From a virus, in IMG/VR virus record IMGVR_UViG_3300037465_000558: a stretch of DNA of 64,000 nucleotides. The stretch is one strand, 5' to 3'. A program made the translations under genes and the position numbers. The stretch's first letter is position 1. Every line of letters begins with the position of its first letter. Of the stretch, positions 25,157 to 34,184 are shown piece after piece. Below the pieces are notes generated by a model. The model worked only from the letters and a program-made list of their open reading frames with translations, had not been told where the DNA came from and searched no databases.

Positions 25157-26301
25157 AGCTCACCCCGCATAGCACCCGCGATGGGCGCGAGCGGCCCCAT
25201 GAAAGCGCTCGTGAGCCGCCGCCCGAGTTCGGGAGTCTTCCAGCCGGCCTTGAAGTCATCCGAGCGACACACAGAACGCAGGCACGCCGCGGCGACGTCG
25301 GCCGACTTCTCGGCGACCTTGGCCGCGACCTCGACCGACCGCACGAGGCGCTCGGGCTTGTTGGGCTTGTCAAGGAGGGCCACCGCCATGACGCCCGCGA
25401 GGCAGGCGTACGTCTGGTCCGAGCGCCGCATGGGAACCTCAGCGGCGCCCGCGAGAACGGCCTCCGGGTCCGGGAGATCGAGGTCACGGAGGTACTTCCA
25501 GGCTTCGTTGCCGACACCTTCACCCACGGCGCCGTGCAGGAGCTTGAGCGTCACGCCGTCGCCGGCCCCGAGTGAGCGCGAGCCAGCGTAGGCGCGCGCG
25601 GCAAGTTCCATGGAACGCGGGCTCGGCCAGGCGCGACCGCGCTCGGTGTCGGTCTCGGGCACCTTCAGGAGGTGCTGCGGGAAGCGCCGCGCGAAGGCAG
25701 CAAAGCTCGTGCGCGCCGCCGCCCACTCGCGAGCCCAGGTCTCCTCGGCGAGCTGCACGGTCGCCTTCTCGGGCCCGCGACCATCACTCGAGAGCCACTC
25801 CGCCCATGCCTCGCCCGAGGGCGGCTCATAGTCGAGATGGATGAGCCGGTTCGCGAGTGGCGGCGTGAGGGTCCAGCCGCCCGCCGCGAGGTCTTCCGGG
25901 TTGGCGGCAGCGATCACGCGCACATGGGGTGGCAGCGGGAAGTCGCCCACGACACCTTCGGCGACGACGCGCAGCGCCGCCGACTGGAGTGCGGGAGGCG
26001 AGACATTCAGCTCATCCAGAAACGCGACGCCACCCGACCCGTGCTCAGCGAGCCGCTTCGCCCACGCAGGCGCCGCGAGCTTCACGCTCCCGTCAGGCTG
26101 GATGAGCGGCAGGCCCGCGACGTCGGACGGCTCGCGGATCGAGAGGATGACCGTCTCGACATGGAAGCCGCGGTCGCGCCCGACCTGCTCCACGCGCGAC
26201 GTCTTCCCGCAACCGGGAGGAGAGTACAGGATCGCCGGCAGTCCCGTGCGGCCGCGAGGCCCCGGCGTGAGCATGAGGACGTCGAGAATGTCGGCAGCCA
26301 T
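25153..26301 (-). CDS. MoxR-like AAA+ ATPase
   Basis: Walker A SPPGCGKT, REPSDVAGLP, Walker B AFLDELN, VIAAANP, PLANRLIH. Confidence 0.85.
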   Translation of the reverse strand: MAADILDVLMLTPGPRGRTGLPAILYSPPGCGKTSRVEQVGRDRGFHVETVILSIREPSDVAGLPLIQPDGSVKLAAPAWAKRLAEHGSGGVAFLDELNVSPPALQSAALRVVAEGVVGDFPLPPHVRVIAAANPEDLAAGGWTLTPPLANRLIHLDYEPPSGEAWAEWLSSDGRGPEKATVQLAEETWAREWAAARTSFAAFARRFPQHLLKVPETDTERGRAWPSPRSMELAARAYAGSRSLGAGDGVTLKLLHGAVGEGVGNEAWKYLRDLDLPDPEAVLAGAAEVPMRRSDQTYACLAGVMAVALLDKPNKPERLVRSVEVAAKVAEKSADVAAACLRSVCRSDDFKAGWKTPELGRRLTSAFMGPLAPIAGAMRGEL

Positions 26302-26315
26302 GCGCGCGCTCTCTC

Positions 26316-26846
26316 CTACTCTTGGACGATCTCGAAGCGCACTCCCTGTTGGTCCGTGCTGCCCGCGGAGAGCGTCTCCACGCGCCAGACCCACTCGCCC
26401 GTGGCGGGTCGCATGTAGGCGGCGCGCGTCAGCTCGCGCCACAAACACCTGAAAGACGCCGTGCCGTTGCCGCCTGAGACCCGGATCGTCCCACCGACAG
26501 GCGTTTCGGTCCCGCTCTCCAAGATGATGCGCGCGCCCGGCGCGCGAATGAGAGAGACGCCCACATCCTCGCCGAACTGGATCGAGATGAGCCTGCCTAT
26601 ACTTGGCTCAGGGAGGTTAACCCGACCCGGAATGTCCGCCACGGGCACCAAGGCCGCGGGGTGCGCATAGAACACGAGACCGCAGCGACCGCAGACGGCC
26701 AGATTGCCGCCATGACTGAGCCCAATGAGAGCCACCCTCTCGTCACGCGCATGTCTCTCGCGCAAGCAGACGAGCAGCGCCGCCAGCGCCTCGTCGTAGC
26801 GAGCTTCGCGTTCGAGACGGCGGCGTTGTTCGTCGGGTGTGGTCAC
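26316..26846 (-). CDS. Hypothetical protein
   Basis: 3' part of ORF 26316..27014; GTG start at 26846 is a guess. Confidence 0.5.
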   Translation of the reverse strand: MTTPDEQRRRLEREARYDEALAALLVCLRERHARDERVALIGLSHGGNLAVCGRCGLVFYAHPAALVPVADIPGRVNLPEPSIGRLISIQFGEDVGVSLIRAPGARIILESGTETPVGGTIRVSGGNGTASFRCLWRELTRAAYMRPATGEWVWRVETLSAGSTDQQGVRFEIVQE

Positions 26847-27099
26847 GGTCGCGTCCAAAAGGGACGCCTGCGGAGGTAGGAGCCCCGCAAGCGCCGGACG
26901 AGCGTTGCACTCGCCGTTCCCTTGTCTTGGTGAATCGCGTCCTACACGCGATGACAGGTGAATGGTAGCGCATGGTCCGTGGCATCGCAAACACGAAGTG
27001 TCTCGCGTCGGCATGCGCTCACGCTACCCGTACACTCCATCTTGGAAGCATCAAAGAAGTACGGGTAAAGCGAACCAAGACCAACGGCCTCACGGGGAC

Positions 27100-27143
27100 T
27101 TCCTCTCTGTAAGAGAGGAACCCCGGGTGTAACCTGCCGGGGT
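27100..27143. repeat. Twin abutting palindromes
   Basis: TTCCTCTCT-GTA-AGAGAGGAA (27100-27120) and ACCCCGG-N10-CCGGGGT (27120-27143). Confidence 0.75.
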
Positions 27144-27267
27144 CTCCGGCGGCCTCTCGCGCTCGTCTCGTCTTCCGCACGCCCGGCGCTCGCTCCGCGT
27201 TCACGCGGTCGCGGCCTTGGCGAAGCTCGGAGCGGAAGCGGCTCGCGAGCCTCCCGGGCCACCAGGG

Positions 27268-29478
27268 TCAGTCTGGTGGCGCGGTGACCAACTCTTCGGG
27301 GGTCGCTACGTACTCGGGCGTCCAGCGTCCGCCGCGGCGAAGGTGGTTGATCGCGTCGCCGAGGGTCCAGGGCGCGCCCCGGCGCTGGCCCAGGACGGCG
27401 CCCCGGCAACAGAGACGGTGACAGTGCCGGCGTCGGAAGCCGCACATGCAGCCCGTCTCGTTCAGGAGTCGGGCGGGAAGGGGAAGCCGCGACTCTTGGG
27501 GCTCGCTCGCGCTCGCGCTCGCGCTCTCGTGGGCGTGCTCGCTCTCTTCGCCGCTGGCCTGGCGTGCCGCGGCGCGAGCGTCGCTTCGCATGGAGTTCCA
27601 GAGGAGCCAGCCCAGCTCGTAGTTCTTGCCGTGGGAGATGCACCGGAGGTGCTCTCCGATCCAGGGGTGAGCGAGGATGGCGGCGGGACCCGCGGCGATG
27701 ATCGGCTCCAGGATGTCGATCCGGTCCTGGAGCGGGGTGAGCGCGATCGTGATGGCGTCGTCCCGCGTCCGCACCGCGGCCGAGCGAACGGCGTCCCAGC
27801 CGCCGAGCTTCTGGTCCAATTCCTGGGCGAACCTCTCGTGGGCGATGAGGTTCACCGTCCGCGGCCCCATGGAGAGGAGCACGCACTGGCGGAGCGTCTT
27901 CCCGAGGCGCTTCTGGAGTGCCTTGCGGAGCGCCTGGGACTCCTCGGGCGATCCGTAGCTCCCCGCGGCCTGTTCCTCGGGGGTCACAAGCTGGATCTCG
28001 GCGCCGTAGACCCGCTCGGGCCAGTTGTACGCGAGGTGGTTGCGCATAAGGACGAGTTGGCGCGAGATGCAGTACTTGCAGTCGTGGCGCTCGCAGACGA
28101 GCCAGTGGACGAAGCGCGAGATCCCGTCGTCGCTCACGAGTTCGTCGTAGATGCGGCGACAGCCGCCAAGGCGCGAGAGGGACGCCTTGCGCCTGCGGTC
28201 CTCCTCCTCCTCGGCGGCCTCCAAGATGGTCCTCGACTCGTCGGCCGACACGTAGCGCGTGGCGCGCGTGACCCGGCCGAGGAGCGACTCTCGCGGTGGC
28301 GGTGTCCACTTGGTCTCGAAGGTTGGGCTCTTGCCGGCGACGAGGAGGTCGTCGATGCCCTTGCCGTCGGCGAGCGCCCACTTCGCCCACACGATCGGGT
28401 AGCCGACCGTCTGGAGCTTGCGCGTGAGCCTCTCGCGGGCCTTGCCCACGGCCTCGTTGGTCTCGGCGTCGGCGTCGAAGGCGATGACGATCTCGGATGG
28501 CGGGCCCGTCTCCATGTACCTTGCCACGAGCGCGACCACGCGCACGATCTCGTCGTGCTGGGACGAGACGCCGGGCGCGCCCACGGCCCACTCATTCCAG
28601 CGCTCGCGGATGGCGTAGCTCTTGAGGACGCCTTCGGTGATCCAGATGCGGCGTCCAGCGTCGCCCTCGGCGCCGTGGGGCGAGATGCGTTCGCCGTTCA
28701 AGCCGACGAAGGGGCGCGTGACGTGGACGCGCGCCGTATTCTTGCCACGGGCGAACAGGTACTTCGCGCCGCCGGGGCCCGGGTTGTCTGGACGGAAGAC
28801 GACGGTGCCGATCTTCCAGGTGTGATCGACGGTGCCGGGCTTCCCGCTGACCTCCTGCCAGCCCGTGTACTCGATCATCGGCAGGATCATGCCGGGACCG
28901 CGGTGCTGGAAGGCGAGGATGCCAGGCACGGCGGCCATGGCCCTTCTGTTGGGCGTGTGCTTCCTGAGCGCTTCGCGAGCCGCTTCGAGGGCCCGCTCGC
29001 GGCGGGCTTCTCCCTCTTGACTCTCGTCGGGCCACGAGCAGAAGACGGCGTTCTTCTCGGGCGTGATGGCGCGCTCGCGGAGGATCTCTTTGTGGTGGTC
29101 CGCGAGCGGCAGCTCGGCGAAGAACGCCCGCCACGCGTCGTCGATGGCGAGGTCGGTGAGGGTGGGGATGTCGCTCGACCGCCGCTCGCGCCGAGGGCGA
29201 GGGACTCGCCCCGCCGTCTCGGCGGCGATGTCGTCCCAATAGCCGTCGGGTCCGACGTTGGAGCCAGACGGGGGGCGTTGGCAGTATCCGCGCGTTCCAC
29301 TTGGCGCGACCTTGCATCGTCGTTGTTCTTGGCACTTGGGACAGACGAGTTGGCTGCCGCGCCTGGCGCGTAGCCATTCGTTGGATGGGCCATCTTGGGC
29401 ACGAAGTCTATGGGTGTCCCGGAGCCGTTGGTCTTCCGGCGTTTCCTCGTGCCTGATGTCGTCGCGAGTGATTTTCAT
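27268..29478 (-). CDS. Primase-like replication protein (Zn finger + Toprim/DUF3854-like + C-terminal Cys/His domain)
   Basis: N-terminal CPKC..C; IWITEGVLKS, VGAPGV, IVIAFDAD, KGIDDLL Toprim motifs; downstream CERHDCKYC. Confidence 0.75.
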   Translation of the reverse strand: MKITRDDIRHEETPEDQRLRDTHRLRAQDGPSNEWLRARRGSQLVCPKCQEQRRCKVAPSGTRGYCQRPPSGSNVGPDGYWDDIAAETAGRVPRPRRERRSSDIPTLTDLAIDDAWRAFFAELPLADHHKEILRERAITPEKNAVFCSWPDESQEGEARRERALEAAREALRKHTPNRRAMAAVPGILAFQHRGPGMILPMIEYTGWQEVSGKPGTVDHTWKIGTVVFRPDNPGPGGAKYLFARGKNTARVHVTRPFVGLNGERISPHGAEGDAGRRIWITEGVLKSYAIRERWNEWAVGAPGVSSQHDEIVRVVALVARYMETGPPSEIVIAFDADAETNEAVGKARERLTRKLQTVGYPIVWAKWALADGKGIDDLLVAGKSPTFETKWTPPPRESLLGRVTRATRYVSADESRTILEAAEEEEDRRRKASLSRLGGCRRIYDELVSDDGISRFVHWLVCERHDCKYCISRQLVLMRNHLAYNWPERVYGAEIQLVTPEEQAAGSYGSPEESQALRKALQKRLGKTLRQCVLLSMGPRTVNLIAHERFAQELDQKLGGWDAVRSAAVRTRDDAITIALTPLQDRIDILEPIIAAGPAAILAHPWIGEHLRCISHGKNYELGWLLWNSMRSDARAAARQASGEESEHAHESASASASEPQESRLPLPARLLNETGCMCGFRRRHCHRLCCRGAVLGQRRGAPWTLGDAINHLRRGGRWTPEYVATPEELVTAPPD

Positions 29479-29652
29479 CGCGGCGGCCTCACGAGGCGAG
29501 CCGCCTGGTTGGCGATGCGCTTGGTGAATCCCAGCCGGGTGACCGAGCTGGATGAGGTACGGATGTTGGGCTGCGGCTTACTTTTGCGATGCGACCCCTC
29601 CCCGTAACCGCTTCTCCGCACGCGTCAACCCACTACAGGTTGCGGGTCGCGC

Positions 29653-29681
29653 TTGCGTTTCGACACAACCGGCTGTATGAT
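29653..29681 (+). promoter_or_regulatory. sigma70-like promoter, antisense to the surrounding genes
   Basis: TTGCGT-N17-TATGAT. Confidence 0.4.
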
Positions 29682-29843
29682 CCAGCCGGCCGTCGATCGC
29701 GGGGCGCCACCCGCGTGAGACAAACAGAGCCGGTGGGCTTGCCTTCCCACCGGCTCTTGCTTTGTACGCCTTCAGGCCACCCACGGTCAAGACATTCTCG
29801 CGGAAGCGATCGAAATGACCTCTCGCGTCCTGTTGAAAACGTC

Positions 29844-30458
29844 CTAGTCGAACAGTCCAGGTCCGTCATTCTGTTTGGTTTGCGACGGACCTTTCCGTGT
29901 TGATTTCTTCGCGGCAGGACGGCGCTTCTCGGGTGGCGCTGCCCGGCATTCGGGGCACGTGACGGCGGCCTCGTCCTGGGTCACAAGGTCGTCGAAGCCC
30001 GTGATTCCGCAGGCGTTCATGGCCTTCGGGCTCCTACGGAAGTGGGTGGGTCGCTGTATAGGCGGTATAGGCGGATTATGGAGCGGCCGGGGCGAGGCGG
30101 CGGTAGTCCTCTTGCCGGCCCCATCGTTCGAGGATGCGCTCTCGTCGGAGGAACCCCACCCCGGCCTGGTTTGGACTTGCGGTGTGTTCGCCGGTGCGCT
30201 GTGGCAGGGGCATGTGCACCGTTTCTCTGAGAGCGCGGGCACGCCCGGCTCGGGTGGGAGCCCAGCCGTCACCCAAGGGGCTTGGGCTACGACGGCGACC
30301 GCGCAGAGCGCATGGTTCTCGTTCGCGCAGTTGCCCCAGACGCCCGGCGGCGGCGCGGGCTTGAGCTTCGGCGAGCCGCTCGGACGGACGCGGTCGATCT
30401 TCTTCTCGGGCGCGTCCTCGGCCGCCGCGTCCTCGTCGTCGTGGAAGAGACGGTTCAT
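29844..30458 (-). CDS. Pro-rich hypothetical protein with Cys/His motifs
   Basis: 204 aa, ATGA overlap. Confidence 0.6.
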   Translation of the reverse strand: MNRLFHDDEDAAAEDAPEKKIDRVRPSGSPKLKPAPPPGVWGNCANENHALCAVAVVAQAPWVTAGLPPEPGVPALSEKRCTCPCHSAPANTPQVQTRPGWGSSDESASSNDGAGKRTTAASPRPLHNPPIPPIQRPTHFRRSPKAMNACGITGFDDLVTQDEAAVTCPECRAAPPEKRRPAAKKSTRKGPSQTKQNDGPGLFD

Positions 30459-30604
30459 GCCGTCCTCTTGGTGACGAAGCCGCAGTTCTCGCAGACGCCG
30501 AAGATCGTGAACGTCACGCGCTCGCCCGTGCGGGCGCCCTCGCGCTTCGCGCGAAGATCGTTGCGGCCCTCGCGGGTGAGACGGCGGAGGCTCTCGTCGC
30601 TCAC
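30455..30604 (-). CDS. Small Zn-ribbon protein
   Basis: GTG 30604 with GAAGGAG RBS; CENC. Confidence 0.55.
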   Translation of the reverse strand: MSDESLRRLTREGRNDLRAKREGARTGERVTFTIFGVCENCGFVTKRTA

Positions 30605-30867
30605 AAGTTCACGTACTCCTTCGTCGGATCGCCGCCGGGACGCCTGCGGCCCGTCTCGGGGTGGCGCATCCATTCGCTCGGCTCACCTGTCCCGTCCCAT
30701 GCGTGCATGGCCGCGACCGCGGTGTGCGGGGTGTCGTATCACCAAACGTCTTCGTAGCCCATGTCGTCGGGGCGCTGCTGGATGCAGAGGCGTCCCCGTC
30801 CGAAGGTGAGTTCGATGACCGAGAGGCGGCGGCCGTCGGGGAGGAGACGGGAGGCGATTTCACCCAC
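30601..30867 (-). pseudogene. Phage hypothetical gene with an in-frame TGA (pseudogene or recoded)
   Basis: GTG 30867 with GAGGAG RBS; reads ...GYEDVW*YDTPHTAVAAMHAWDGTGEPSEWMRHPETGRRRPGGDPTKEYVNL; TGA at 30741-30739; ends in a GTGA overlap with the next gene. Confidence 0.7.
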
Positions 30868-31096
30868 GGCGCGCTCGCTCCTCTCGGACGAGTTGCACGA
30901 ACTCCGAATCACCGAGCGCCGGACTGGCGAGAATGCCGAACTCGTGAAGAAGAGAGAGCTCTGCGGCGATGCTGTAGGCGTGGGCGTAGTCAGGATCGAA
31001 GGGAGCTACCTCTTTGGCCTCCCGAAGCAATCGCCGCATGGACGCCTTGGCTCGTGCTCGTAGTTGAGCGATGGCCTTCTTCTCGGTCTTGGTCAC
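30860..31096 (-). CDS. Hypothetical protein
   Basis: GTG 31096 overlaps upstream TGA. Confidence 0.6.
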   Translation of the reverse strand: MTKTEKKAIAQLRARAKASMRRLLREAKEVAPFDPDYAHAYSIAAELSLLHEFGILASPALGDSEFVQLVREERARRG

Positions 31097-31326
31097 GGCA
31101 CACACTCCCACGACGTCTCGCACCCCTTGCAGTGCTGGAAGCGGCCTTGCGACGTCGTGACCTCCACCACGGCGAGCCCGCAACAAGGCGACATGGGGTC
31201 GGGTCGCTGCCGCTTGCCGCTCACGAGGTCGCGGAGCCAGGGCGCGTGGCGTTCGCAGAGCGAGCGCTCGGCGCGCACGTGGAAGGCCACCGCCTCGCGT
31301 TCACACTTCTCGACGTCGCACTTCAC
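31093..31326 (-). CDS. Small Zn-finger protein
   Basis: GTG 31326 overlap; CDVEKC..LCERH, PCC..HCKGC. Confidence 0.6.
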   Translation of the reverse strand: MKCDVEKCEREAVAFHVRAERSLCERHAPWLRDLVSGKRQRPDPMSPCCGLAVVEVTTSQGRFQHCKGCETSWECVP

Positions 31327-32417
31327 GAGGCGCCGACCTCGTCCTGATGCACGTTCCGGTCGAGCCGTGCACTCCAGCGCCACGGACCCCGGTGGGGGAC
31401 CGCGAAGCTGGCCGAGCGCTCGTGGCCGCCGCCTCCGCGCGCCTTCGCGGCGGCGGCGCAGTCGAGGCCGCCCAGGAGCGAGCGGAGCGAGACGACCGTC
31501 TTCTCGGCGTCTTCGTGCCAGACAGCCGCGGCTTTGAGCGGTGCGGGCGCGCGGCGGTAGAGCGCCTCGCCGACTTCGGATTGAAGCACGGGGCTATTCA
31601 CGACGAGCAGTCCACCTTCGGCCCACTGACAGACGGTGGCCTTGCCGGCGATGCGGTCGACGAGGGCGGCCTGGTAACGGAGCATGGCGGCGCCTTCGGC
31701 GCGCATGTCGGCGATGTCGGGCAGCGCGTCGAACTTCGCTGGGCCGTTCGAGGCGCCTGCGCAATCGAGGTAGGCTGCGACCTCGCGCGCGCCGGGGAGA
31801 TCGAAGCGCCAGAGGTCACGGTCTTCTATGAGGAGAGCGATGGCGGTCATGTGACCGTCGGTTTTCTCGTGCGTGGGGAGGAATCGACCGTCGAGCTTCT
31901 GGCTTTGCCGGACTTCTTCTTTCCAGAGATCGCGGAAGCCGGGGAAGAAGACGTCGAGTGCGATGCCGGCGCCCGAGCGGGTCTTGTCGAGAATCAAGTA
32001 GGGGTATCTCGGCGGGGTGTCGGGGAAGTTCCCGCGGCTGATCTGCTCCGCCTCGTACCACACCTTCTTCGGTCCGTCGAGTTCGCGGAGCGCGCTCTCG
32101 TGATGATCGAAGACGAACAGGCTCTGCGCCACGCGTGCGACTGCGGCGAGCGTCTCGGTTGGACGCGGCGGCGTCCAGTCGAGCATGAACACGTCCACGC
32201 CTTTGAGTCCGAATGCGGCGCGACCTCCGCCTTCGACCTTGACCGTGATCGAGTTGCCGTCGACTTCCACGGGCGGGCCGTACTGGACGCCCACGAGGTC
32301 GGCGCGCGGGAAACGCTTGCTGGCGAGCCACGCGGCGCACGAGCCGTCCGGGCACGGTGCGTGGAAGAACACGAGAGGCCGCTCGATGGTGGCGAGGCGC
32401 TCCTGGAGGTCGCTCAC
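31323..32417 (-). CDS. DHH/DHHA1-family phosphoesterase (oligoribonuclease-like)
   Basis: FFHAPCPDG, MLDW, FDHHES, RSGA, IEDRDLWRF, GGGHERSASF. Confidence 0.9.
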   Translation of the reverse strand: MSDLQERLATIERPLVFFHAPCPDGSCAAWLASKRFPRADLVGVQYGPPVEVDGNSITVKVEGGGRAAFGLKGVDVFMLDWTPPRPTETLAAVARVAQSLFVFDHHESALRELDGPKKVWYEAEQISRGNFPDTPPRYPYLILDKTRSGAGIALDVFFPGFRDLWKEEVRQSQKLDGRFLPTHEKTDGHMTAIALLIEDRDLWRFDLPGAREVAAYLDCAGASNGPAKFDALPDIADMRAEGAAMLRYQAALVDRIAGKATVCQWAEGGLLVVNSPVLQSEVGEALYRRAPAPLKAAAVWHEDAEKTVVSLRSLLGGLDCAAAAKARGGGGHERSASFAVPHRGPWRWSARLDRNVHQDEVGAS

Positions 32418-32521
32418 GGTCTACTCCTAGATTCATAGGCGAACCAATCGTGAGGTTCGCAGAATCCGTCCACGTCTTCGTCTTCATCTTCTTCGTCATC
32501 ATCTTTGTTTCTAAATTGCAT
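32414..32521 (-). CDS. Acidic micro-protein (35 aa)
   Basis: MQFRNKDDDEEDEDEDVDGFCEPHDWFAYESRSRP; abuts the helicase stop and overlaps the DHH start (GTGA). Confidence 0.5.
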   Translation of the reverse strand: MQFRNKDDDEEDEDEDVDGFCEPHDWFAYESRSRP

Positions 32522-33865
32522 TCATGTCTCCTGCGTGAAACGGATGAACTTCTCGTGTGCCATGATCGCCCCCGCCTTCGGGAGCCGCGACACGATGGTC
32601 AGGTCTTCGAGGGCGTGGACGCGCGAGAGCGCGACGTAGGCGAGGCCGGGCGAGAAGAGAGCTTCCAGGTCCACGGTCACCTTGGGGATCGTCTTACCCT
32701 GCGTCTTGTGCGCCGTGAGCGCCCACGCAAGCATGACCGGGATCTGTCGCCGCGTCGCGATCCTGTTGGGATCGGCGCGCTGGCCGTAGGTGAAGGCTTC
32801 CATGCCGAGGCGCACGGGTTGGACGAGTGCGTTGTCGAGCGCGACGTCGGCGAAGGGCTGCTCGTGCTCGCGGCCGATCGCCAGGACTTCGCCCGTAGTT
32901 CCATTGGCATAGCGCTGCTCGGAATCGTTGCGCACGCACATGATCCTGGCGCCCGGCTTCAGGAAGAGTCGCCGCGGGGCGAGGCAGCCCTTGTCGAGAT
33001 CCTGGCGCAGGAGGGCGGGCCCCGACTCCTCGGCCTCCAGGTAGCGCCGCGGGCCAGGGAGTGCGTTTAGGCGCTCCAGGTTGATGCGCTCGACGGTTGC
33101 GCGGCGGGGCGCGATCCAGACCGAGTCAGAGGGAATCTTGGTCGGATCCTTCGCGATCCTGGTCGCGAGGAGGCGGCGGTCGGCGGCGGAAAGCTCGCCC
33201 ATGCGGAGCCGGCCGAGTAGTTCCAGGAAGGCGAGGTCTTCCTGGCGCCGCGGGCGGCGCAGCTCGATGATCTTGGGGTTGAGCGCCTGCCACGCCTTGG
33301 CCTCGAAAGCGAAATTCTTCTTGCCCTCGTCTCGGCGCTCCACGGGCGGGAGCTGGCCGAAGTCGCCCACGAAGACGACTTGCACGCCACCGAAGGGCTT
33401 CTCTTCGCCGCGGACGAGGCGCAGGAGCCCATCCAGGAGATCGAGCGTGTCGCCGTCGAGAAGCGAGATTTCGTCGATGACCAACGTCCGCGTGTTCCGC
33501 AGCTCGTAGGCGCGGAAGCGCATCCAAGACTCGTCGCGCTCGTAAGTCGCGGGCTCGGTTCGGCCGAGCTTGAGGCCGAAGTGGCGGTGGACGGTGAGGC
33601 CGCCAAGGGCTATGGCCGCGACGCCGGTCGAGGCGGTGATGGCCGTCGTCAGAGGGTCGGCGTCCCGCAAGAAGTTGCGGACGACGTGCGTCTTCCCAGT
33701 CCCCGCTGCTCCCGTGAGGAAGCACGAGACGCCCGAGCGGAGGATGTCGAGCGCAATCTCCTGCTCGTCGCGGACGCGACCCATCTGGAGGTCGAACTTC
33801 ATCTTGGCGATGGAATCCCCCAGGGCGGCGGCTCTTTGGAGGGCTCGGGTTTCAGCATCGTGCAT
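32522..33865 (-). CDS. PIF1-family SF1B helicase
   Basis: FLTGAAGTGKT, ASTGVAA, LVIDEISLL, FVGDFGQLPPV, RQED, AWALTAHKTQG, GLAYVALSR. Confidence 0.92.
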   Translation of the reverse strand: MHDAETRALQRAAALGDSIAKMKFDLQMGRVRDEQEIALDILRSGVSCFLTGAAGTGKTHVVRNFLRDADPLTTAITASTGVAAIALGGLTVHRHFGLKLGRTEPATYERDESWMRFRAYELRNTRTLVIDEISLLDGDTLDLLDGLLRLVRGEEKPFGGVQVVFVGDFGQLPPVERRDEGKKNFAFEAKAWQALNPKIIELRRPRRQEDLAFLELLGRLRMGELSAADRRLLATRIAKDPTKIPSDSVWIAPRRATVERINLERLNALPGPRRYLEAEESGPALLRQDLDKGCLAPRRLFLKPGARIMCVRNDSEQRYANGTTGEVLAIGREHEQPFADVALDNALVQPVRLGMEAFTYGQRADPNRIATRRQIPVMLAWALTAHKTQGKTIPKVTVDLEALFSPGLAYVALSRVHALEDLTIVSRLPKAGAIMAHEKFIRFTQET

Positions 33866-33941
33866 AACTTGATCTCGGAATGTATGGTGTTGGCTCTGTT
33901 TACCTTAAGAACGCTTGAAAGATCAAAACGATACCGAACGC

Positions 33942-33970
33942 TTGACTTCGATACATTCCAAGTCTACCAT
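33942..33970 (+). promoter_or_regulatory. sigma70-like promoter at the strand switch
   Basis: TTGACT-N17-TACCAT; predicted start about 33977, at the ATG of the RHH gene. Confidence 0.65.
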
Positions 33971-33977
33971 GCGGGCC

Positions 33978-34181
33978 ATGGCGAAGACGAATACAAACGG
34001 CAGTCAGGTGACCGTCGTGCTACCCGCCGAATACAACGCGTTGCTCGACCAATACGTTGCGTCGCGGCGCAGGACCGATCCCATGGCGAAGCGCTCGGCG
34101 AGCGCGCGCGAGCTGCTCGTCGATGCGCTGCGGCGCTGGTCCGAGGTCAGTGGGGAATCGGCTCCCACGCGGAAGAAGTGA
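33978..34181 (+). CDS. Ribbon-helix-helix-like regulator
   Basis: 67 aa; QVTVVLPAEYNALLDQYV..SASARELLVDAL. Confidence 0.6.
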   Translation: MAKTNTNGSQVTVVLPAEYNALLDQYVASRRRTDPMAKRSASARELLVDALRRWSEVSGESAPTRKK

Positions 34182-34184
34182 GCT

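Noticed and set aside
30601-30867. Genome-wide stop-codon reassignment
   Set aside because: TGA, TAG and TAA all terminate well-supported genes with stop-start overlaps; only one internal TGA was found.
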